Of a DNA stretch of 64,000 nt, positions 18,201-25,886 are shown piece by piece. A model generated the notes under the pieces. That model was given only the letters and a program-made list of their open reading frames with translations, did no database searches and was not told where the DNA came from. Origin of the DNA: Thermoanaerobaculia bacterium (GTDB lineage Bacteria > Acidobacteriota > Thermoanaerobaculia > Gp7-AA8); assembly GCA_036009105.1 (NCBI GenBank), contig DASYMJ010000043.1, positions 25,658-89,657 on the forward strand, given 5' to 3'. Position 1 is the stretch's first letter, and every line of letters begins with the position of its first letter. Made by a program: the position numbers and the translations under genes.

Positions 18201-18502
18201 GGGAGATGGCCACGCTGTGGTCCGACCTCCTCGGCCGCCGCGACATCGGACGCAACGACAACTTCTTCGACCTCGGCGGCCACTCCCTCCTCGCCATGCA
18301 GATGCTGGCCCGGCTGGAGAAGGCGACCGGCGTCGAAGTTCCCCTGCGCGTCCTGTTCGACGTGCCCACCGTCGCCACGCTGGCCCGGCACGTGGCCGCC
18401 GTGCGCACGGCCAGCCTGGAGACGGAGAACCTCGACGAGCTGCTGGCCCAGCTGGAGGGGCTCTCCGACGACGAGGCGCTCACACGGAGCCAGCTGTCAT
18501 GA
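15236..18502 (+). CDS. Non-ribosomal peptide synthetase, module 1 (C-A-PCP)
   Basis: C domain motifs are [13 protein letters not shown] and [9 protein letters not shown]. A domain motifs are [87 protein letters not shown] and NGKV. The PCP motif is [13 protein letters not shown]. The real ATG is 3 nt after the DUF5916 stop, and the stop overlaps the NRPS2 start (ATGA). Confidence 0.9.
   Translation: [1088 protein letters not shown]
17063..17110. repeat. 48-nt GC-rich double-hairpin element inserted in frame in the NRPS1 A domain (codes [18 protein letters not shown])
   Basis: GTGGGGGCCGGCTTCAGCCGGCCCGGGCGGGCTGAAGCCCGCCCCCAC is a near-perfect palindrome. It is related to the GGGCCGGCT...AGCCGGCCC family. 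It sits just upstream of the A3 motif. Confidence 0.7.
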
Positions 18503-21500
18503 GTGATACCACGCAACGCATCGCCGACCTCTCGCCGCAGAAGCGCGCGCTCCTGCTCCAGCAGCTGGCGAAGGAGAAGGCCGCGCGCGGCCGCATCGTC
18601 CGCCGCGAGCGCCCCGACCCCCTCCCCCCCTCCTTCGCCCAGCAGCGCCTCTGGCTCCTCGACCAGCTCGAGCCGGGCTCGGCGAGCTACAACGTGCCGG
18701 CCGGCGCCTGGATGCGCGGCAAGCTCGATCTCGACATCCTGCGCCGCTGCCTGGAAGAGCTGGTGCGGCGTCACGAGGCGCTGCGCACCACCGTGCCTTC
18801 TTCGGACGGCCGGCCGCACCAGGTCATCGCCGCGCAGGGGCGCGTCGAGCTGCCGCTGTATCACGCCTCCTCGCGCGCCGAAGCGCGGGCCATCGGGCAG
18901 AAGGAGGCGACGCGGCCGTTCGATCTGGCCAAGGGGCCGCTCATGCGCACGCTGGTGGTGCGCCTGTCCGAGGAGGAGCATCTCCTCGTCTTCAACTTCC
19001 ATCACATCGCCGTGGACGGCTGGTCGTTCAGCGTCCTCTATCGCGAGCTCGGCGCGCTTTACGGGGCGTTCCTGCACGGCCGCCCGTCGCCGTTGCCGGA
19101 GCTGCCCATCCAGTACGCCGACTTTGCGCTCTGGCAGCGCGAGTGGCTGCAGGGCGACGTGCTGAAAGGCCAGCTCGACTACTGGACCGAGCGGCTGAGC
19201 GGCAACATCCCGGTGCTGGAGCTGCCCGGCGACCGCCCCCGGCCGGCGAAGCAGTCCTACCGCGGGGACGTGGTGCGCGTGGTCATCCCCGCGGAGCTGG
19301 TGGCCGCCGCCGCGCAGCGCAGCCGCGAGGAAGGCATCACCCTCTTCATGACCTTCCTCGCCGCGTTGAAGACGCTGCTCTTCCGTTACTCCGGACAGAC
19401 CGACGTCGTGGTCGGCTCCGGCATCGCCGGCCGCAACCGGGAAGAGCTGGAGCCGCTGGTCGGCTACTTCGTCAACACGCTCGCCTTGCGCACGGACCTC
19501 TCCGGCAATCCGACGTTCCGCGAGCTGCTGGCCCGCATCCGGGAGACGACCCTCGGCGCGTACGCGCATCAGGACCTGCCGGTGGAGCGGCTGATCGAGG
19601 AGCTCCACGTGGAGCGCTCCCTCGGCCACTCGCCGCTCTTCCAGGTGATGGTCTTCTTCCAGAACATGCCGCATCAGAAGCTGGAGCTGCCCGGCATCAC
19701 GCTCGAGCCGCTGCAGATGGACGAGGTCAACTCCGAGACTGCGCGCACCGATCTGGCGCTGTTCGTCGAGCGGCATGACGACGGCCTGGCCATCCTCTTC
19801 GAGTACAGCACCGACCTGTTCGACGAGGAGACCGTGCGCGCGTTCGGCGAGCACCTGGTGGTGCTGCTGCGCGCCGCGGTGGCGAATCCCGATACGAAGA
19901 TCGGCGAGCTGCCGCTGCTGACCGATGCCGAGCGGCACACGCTGCTCGTTTCCCGTACCGCGAACGCGGCGCCGGTTCCGTCCGCCACGCTCTCCTCGCT
20001 GTTCGAGCAGCAGGTGGCGCGCACGCTGGAGGCGACGGCGCTGATCTTCCCCGAGCGCCGGCTGACGTATCGCGAGCTGGACGAGCGGGCGAACGGCTTC
20101 GCCGCCGAGCTGCAGTCGCGAGGCGCGAAGCCGGGCGAGCTGGTCGGCATCTACACCGACCGCGGCCCGGAGATGGCGATCGCTCTGCTGGGCATCCTCA
20201 AGTCGGGCGCGGCCTACCTGCCGCTCGACCCCACCTATCCGCCCGACCGACTCGCCTTCATGCTCTCGGACACCGGCGCGCGGCTGGTCGCGACGCAGAA
20301 GCACCTGCGCGATGAGGTGCCGTCGAAGGATGTGGAGCTGGTCTTCGTGGACGCATGTCATCCTGAGGGCAGCGAAGGATCCCCCGGCTCAGGCGGCGCA
20401 CGTGCCGGGAGATCCTTCGCCGTCTCCGCGGCTCAGGATGACACCCCGCGCGCCACGCCCGACGACACCGCCTACGTCATCTTCACCTCCGGCTCCACCG
20501 GCAAGCCCAAGGGCGTGCAGATCCCTCATCGCGGCGCGGTGAACTTTCTCCTGGCCATGCTGGAGGCGCCGGGGCTCACGCCGGCGGACACCGTCTGCGC
20601 CATCACCACCCTCTCCTTCGACATCTCCGTCCTGGAGCTCCTCCTCCCGCTGATCATCGGCGCGAAGGCGGCGGTCAGCGACCGGGCCACGGCCACGGAC
20701 GGCAAGCGCCTCGCGCAGTTCATCAGGGACAGCGGCTCCACCGTCGTCCAGGCCACGCCCGCCTCCTGGCGCATGCTCCTCGACGCCGGCTGGGAAGGCG
20801 TGCCCGGGCTGAAGATCCTCTGCGGCGGCGAGCCGCTGCCGCGCGACCTGGCCGACCTCCTCCTGGCCCGGGTGGGGGAGCTGTGGAATGTCTACGGCCC
20901 TACCGAGACCACGGTCTGGTCGGTGCTCGACCGCGTGCTGCCGGACCAGCCGATCACCATCGGCAAGCCGATCCGCAACATGCGCATGTACGTCGCCGAC
21001 GCGAACATGCAGCTCGTCCCGGACGGCGTCCCCGGCGAGCTCCTCATCGGCGGCCTCGGCCTCGGCCACGGCTACGTCAACCGCCCCGAGCTCACCGCCG
21101 ACCGCTTCATCCCCGATCCGTTCAGCGGCATCGAAGGGGCGCGCCTTTACCGCAGCGGCGACATCGCCCGCTGGAGACGAGACGGCCGCCTGGAGATCCT
21201 CGGCCGCTCCGACGGCCAGGTGAAGCTGCGCGGCTTCCGCATCGAGCTGGGCGAGATCGAAGGCGCCCTGCGCGAGCACGCCGCGGTGCGCCAGGTGGTC
21301 GTCGTGCTGCGCGAGGACCGGCCGGGCGACAAGCGCCTCGTGGCCTACGTGGTTCCTCACCAGGCCGCGCCGGCCACGAACGAGCTCCGCGCGCATCTCC
21401 GCGCCATGCTCCCCGACTACATGATCCCCAGCGCGTTCGTCGTGCTGGAGAAGCTGCCCATCTCCCCCAACGGCAAGGTGGACCGCCGCGCGCTGCCTAT

Positions 21501-21834
21501 GCCCGAGCTCTCGGACATCAACGAAGTGGCCGCTCCCGTTGCGCCGCGCACGGCGGAAGAGGAGCAGCTGGCCGAGATCTGGGCCGACGTCCTCGGCCTC
21601 CCCGCGGTCGGCATCGACGACGACTTTTTCGTGCTCGGCGGCCACTCATTGCTGGCCACGCAGCTCATCGCCCGCGTCGGCCGCACGTTCGGCGTCGACC
21701 TGCCGCTGCGCCGGCTCTTCGAAGCGCCGACCGTCGCCTCGTTCGCCGCGGTGCTCGTGACCGAGATGATGTCGACCCTCAACGCGCTGAGCGAGGACGA
21801 GCTGCAGGCGCTCCTGGGAGGGCAGGCTCCTTGA
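18499..21834 (+). CDS. Non-ribosomal peptide synthetase, module 2 (C-A-PCP)
   Basis: C domain motifs are [13 protein letters not shown] and [10 protein letters not shown]. A domain motifs are [51 protein letters not shown] and NGKVDR. The PCP motif is [13 protein letters not shown]. Confidence 0.9.
   Translation: [1111 protein letters not shown]
20357..20442. repeat. MITE-like hairpin element (GTCATCCTGAG...CGAAGGATCC family) inserted in frame in the NRPS2 A domain
   Basis: The element is gtcatcctgagggcagcgaaggatcc-ccc-ggctcaggcggcgcacgtgccgggagatccttcgccgtctccgcggctcaggatgac, with terminal inverted repeats. It encodes [30 protein letters not shown] immediately upstream of the A3 motif. Confidence 0.75.
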
Positions 21835-21845
21835 CCGCCGAGTCG

Positions 21846-24800
21846 ATGGCCGCGCGCCTGGCGCGCCTCACCCCGCAGGAGCGCGCCCGGCTCCTGCGCA
21901 GCGCCGCCGCTCGCGCGACGGCCGTTCCCCGCCGCCCGGCCGGGCAGAACGAGCTGCCGCTCTCGCCCGCGCAGCAGCGGATGTGGTTCCTGGAACAGCT
22001 GCAGCCGGGCGCGTATCACTCCTACGACTTCACGCGCCTCATCGGTCCGGTCGATGTGGCGCGCCTCGACGCCGCCTTCCGGGAGATCGTCCGCCGCCAC
22101 GAGGCGCTGCGCACATCGTTCGTCAGCGTGGACGGCACGCCGCGGCAGCTCGTGCACGATGAGGTGCCGTTCTCCATCGCCTCCGTCACCGTGGAGGATC
22201 CCGAGGGTTTCGCGGACGCGGAGACCCTGCGCCCGTTCGATCTCACCCGGGCGCCTTTGCTGCGCGTGACGCTCGTGAACGGGCAACTGCTGCTGGTCAC
22301 GCTGCATCACATCATCTCGGACGGCTGGTCGCTCGGCGTCCTCGATCAGGAGCTGCGCGCGCTGTACGCCGGTGCGTCGCTGCCGGAGCTGCCGGTGCAG
22401 TTCGGCGACGTCGTGTTGTGGCAGCAGTCGCGGACCGGGGAAGGCGTGGACTGGTGGAAGCAGACGCTGAGCGGCGTTCCCGACGTGCTCGACCTGCCCG
22501 CCGACCACCCGCGGCCGGCCGTGCAATCCTTCCGCGGCGCGCGCGTCACGCACACGGTTTCGCCTTCGCTTCTCGCGGAGCTGAACGAGCTCGCCCAGCG
22601 CGAACACGTCACGCTGTTCATGCTCCTGGTCGCCGCCTTCGACGTGCTGCTCTACCGCCACACCGGCCAGAGCGAGTTCGCCGTCGGGACGCCGGTCGCG
22701 AACCGCACGCCGGAGACCGAGCCGCTGATCGGCCTCTTCATCAACACCATCGCCCTGCGGGCGAACCTGAGCGACGACCCATCGTTCCGCGAGCTGCTCG
22801 GGCGCGTGCGCGAGACGTCCCTCGAAGCGTTCGCCCATCAGGACGTGCCGTTCGACCGTGTGGTCGACGCCCTCGCATTACCGCGCAACGCCAATCGCAC
22901 GCCGCTCTACCAGACCATGATCGTCCTCGGCGCGGGGCAGGGGAGCTACGCGCCGCTGGGCGACATCGAGCGGGTGCCGTATCACCCCCACTCCGCCTCC
23001 GCGCGCTTCGACCTGACGCTGTCGATGGCCATCGACGAGACCGGCCTGGTCTGCCTCTTCGACTACGCGGCCGATCTGTTCGATCCGGCCACCGTCGAGG
23101 CCTTCGCGCGCCGCTACGAGATGCTGCTGCGCGGCGCGGCGGCTGATCCGAATACGGCGGTGTCTCGGCTGCCGCTGATGGATGCCGCCGAGCGCGGTGT
23201 CATCCTGAGCCGCGCGGCCGGCGAAGGATCCGTACCGCTCCTGCGCGATACGACGCTCCACGCACTTTTCCAGGAACAGGCCGCCCGCACGCCCGACACG
23301 CCCGCGGTGAACGACGTGACGTACGGGGAGCTCGACCGCTGGTCGGACGAGATCGCCGCCACCATCGACACCCACCTCGTCCCCTTCCTCGCCGACCGCA
23401 CGCCGGCCGCGATCGCGCAACTGCTCGGCATCCTCAAGGCGGGCGCCGCCTACCTCCCCATCGATCCCGCCACGCCGCGGGAGCGCCTCGACTGGCTCGT
23501 CGCGGACAGCAAGTCGGTGGCGCCGGGCGACAACGCATACGTGATCTACACCTCCGGTTCCACCGGCACGCCGAAAGGCGTCGTGGTCAGCCACCGCTCC
23601 GCGGTCAACCTGACCCTGGCTTTCGCGCAAAGCCATCAGTTTGCAGGTCACCGCCTGCTGATGATCCCGCCGCTGCACTTCGACGCCTCGGTGGGCGACG
23701 TCTTCCCCGCCCTCGCCACCGGCGCGACGCTCATCCTCCATCCGTCGCCCGCCGACCTCGACGCCCGCGCGCTGGCCCGCTTCTGCAACGAGCAGGGCGT
23801 CACCGCCATCGACGCGCCGGCCGCGCTCTGGCGCCGCTGGGCCGCGGAGTGGCAGCCCATCCCCGCGCTGCGCCTGATGATGGTGGGCGGTGAGTCGGTG
23901 CCGGTGGATGAAGTGCGCCGCTTCGCGCGCCTGACGAACAACCAGGTCCGCTTCGTCAACCACTACGGCCCGACCGAAGCGACGGTCTGCGCCACGACCT
24001 ATCACACCGTCGACGCGAGCGAGTGCACCACGACCGAGCTCCCCATCGGCAAGCCGATCGCGAACGTCTCCGCATACGTCCTCGACCAGCACCTCCAGCC
24101 GGTGCCGCGGGGCATCGCGGGCGAGCTGTACATCGGCGGCGCCGGCGTGGCGCGCTATCACGGCCGGGAAGAGTTCCTCCCCAACCCGTTCGGCGAGGGC
24201 CGCCTCTATCGCACCGGCGACCTGGCCCGCCGCCTCGCCTCGGGCGACCTCCTCTTCCTCGGCCGCGCCGACCGGCAGATCAAGCTGCGCGGCTTCCGCA
24301 TCGAGCCGGGGGAGATCGAGGCCGCCATCCTCGCCCACGCCGGCATCCGCGCTGCGATCGTGATCAAGCGCGAGGAGCGGCTCGTCGCCTATGTCGTCGG
24401 CGAGACGGAGCTGCAGTTGCACGACCGCCTGCCGGAGTACATGGTGCCGTCCGCGATCGTGCGCCTCGAGGCGCTCCCGCTGACGAGCAACGGCAAGGTG
24501 GACCTCAACGCGTTGCCCGCTCCCCCCCGCACGACCACCAGTTCCCGCGCGCCCCGCAACGAGACGGAGCGCGAGCTGCTGCGCATCTGGTGCGAGGTGT
24601 TGCAGGCAGACGGCCTCGGCATCGACGACTTCTTCGCGCACGGCGGCGACTCCCTCCGCACCATGCCCCTGGTGTTCAAGGTGCGGGAGCGCTTCGGCGC
24701 CGACCTCCCGCTCAGCTCCGTCTTCCGCGCCCCGACCGTGGCGCGCTTCGCCGCGCTCCTCACGCACGGAGCGCAGGCGGACGATCTGGAATCGAAAATC

Positions 24801-25886
24801 GGCACGTTCCGGGCGCCGGCCATCCGGCGCGCAAACATGCCGCCGAAGAACGTCCTCATCACCGGCGCCACCGGCTTCCTCGGCGCGTTCCTCCTCGACG
24901 AGCTGCAGCGCTCCACGAACGCCACCATCTACGCGCTCGTCCGCGCGGCGAACAAGGCAGACGCGATGCGTCGCATCCGGGAGAACCTCGCTTCTTACGG
25001 TCTGACGCCGGATGAGAAACGCATCGTTCCTCTGCTCGGAGACCTGGCCGAGCCGGGTCTCGGCATCACCGAGAACCTGGACGCCATCGACGTGATCTAT
25101 CACAACGGCGGCGCGGTGAACTTCATCGCGCCGTACGAGCGCCTCGCCGCGGCGAACGTGGACGGCACCCGCACGGTGCTGGCCATGGGCCGGCCGGTGC
25201 ACGTCGTCTCCACCCTGGGCGTCCATTTCACCAAGCCGCGCATCGGCCAAGTGGTGACCGAACAGGATCCCCTGCCGCCCGGCAAAGACATCCTGGGCGG
25301 CTACAACGAGACGAAGTGGGTCGCCGACCGCGTGGCCCAGCTGGCCCGCGAGGCCGGCGTGCCGGTCTCCATCCATCGCCCGGCGCGCATCACCGGCGAC
25401 AGCCGCACTGGCGCGCTCAACCCGGCCGATCTCTTTTACAGCTGGATCAAAGGCTGCGTGCAGCTGGGCAGCTTCCCGGACGACGCGCCGCTGCTGAACA
25501 TGGCGCCGGTCGACCACATCGCCCGCTCCATCGTCGCAATCTCCCTGCACATCGAGCAACCGGCCGACTACCACTACTTCAACAACCGCATGCTGCCGCT
25601 GGAGACGCTCGTCTCCACGCTCCGCCGCCGCGGCTTCGAAGCCTCCATCAAGCCGTACCGGCAGTGGATCGAACAGCTGCGCCACGCGCCGGAGAACCCG
25701 CTGGCGAAGTACCTGGCTCTGATGGAAGAGCCGGACCAGGGCGAGCCGGTGTTCGACTGCACGCGCACCGAAAACGCGCTGGCCCGGCTCGGCATCCTCT
25801 GTCCGGCGGCGGATGAAGCCCTGCTCGGCCTCTACCTCGACCAGCTCCTGCCCGAGCCGGCCATCGCCATGAAAGGACACCCATGA
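21846..25886 (+). CDS. Non-ribosomal peptide synthetase, module 3 with terminal thioester reductase (C-A-PCP-R)
   Basis: C domain motifs are [13 protein letters not shown] and [10 protein letters not shown]. A domain motifs are [81 protein letters not shown] and NGKVDL. The PCP motif is [12 protein letters not shown]. The R domain has [15 protein letters not shown] and GGYNETKW (Y...K). The start could instead be TTG 21831, overlapping the NRPS2 stop. The stop overlaps the MFS gene's ATG. Confidence 0.85.
   Translation: [1346 protein letters not shown]
23199..23250. repeat. Half-copy (left arm plus part of centre) of the MITE-like GTCATCCTGAG element in the NRPS3 C-A linker
   Basis: gtcatcctgagccgcgcggccggcgaaggatccgtaccgctcctgcgcg matches the left half of the full element at 29315-29410. 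It encodes [17 protein letters not shown]. Confidence 0.6.

Noticed and set aside
21770-21835. Apparent frameshift at the NRPS2/NRPS3 junction when I counted bases by hand (an extra c near 21780)
   Set aside because: The track translations of both ORFs (…[22 protein letters not shown] and …VDPQRAERGRAAGAPGRAGSLTAESMAARL) are mutually consistent with their coordinates. The discrepancy is most likely my manual counting, so no biological frameshift is claimed.
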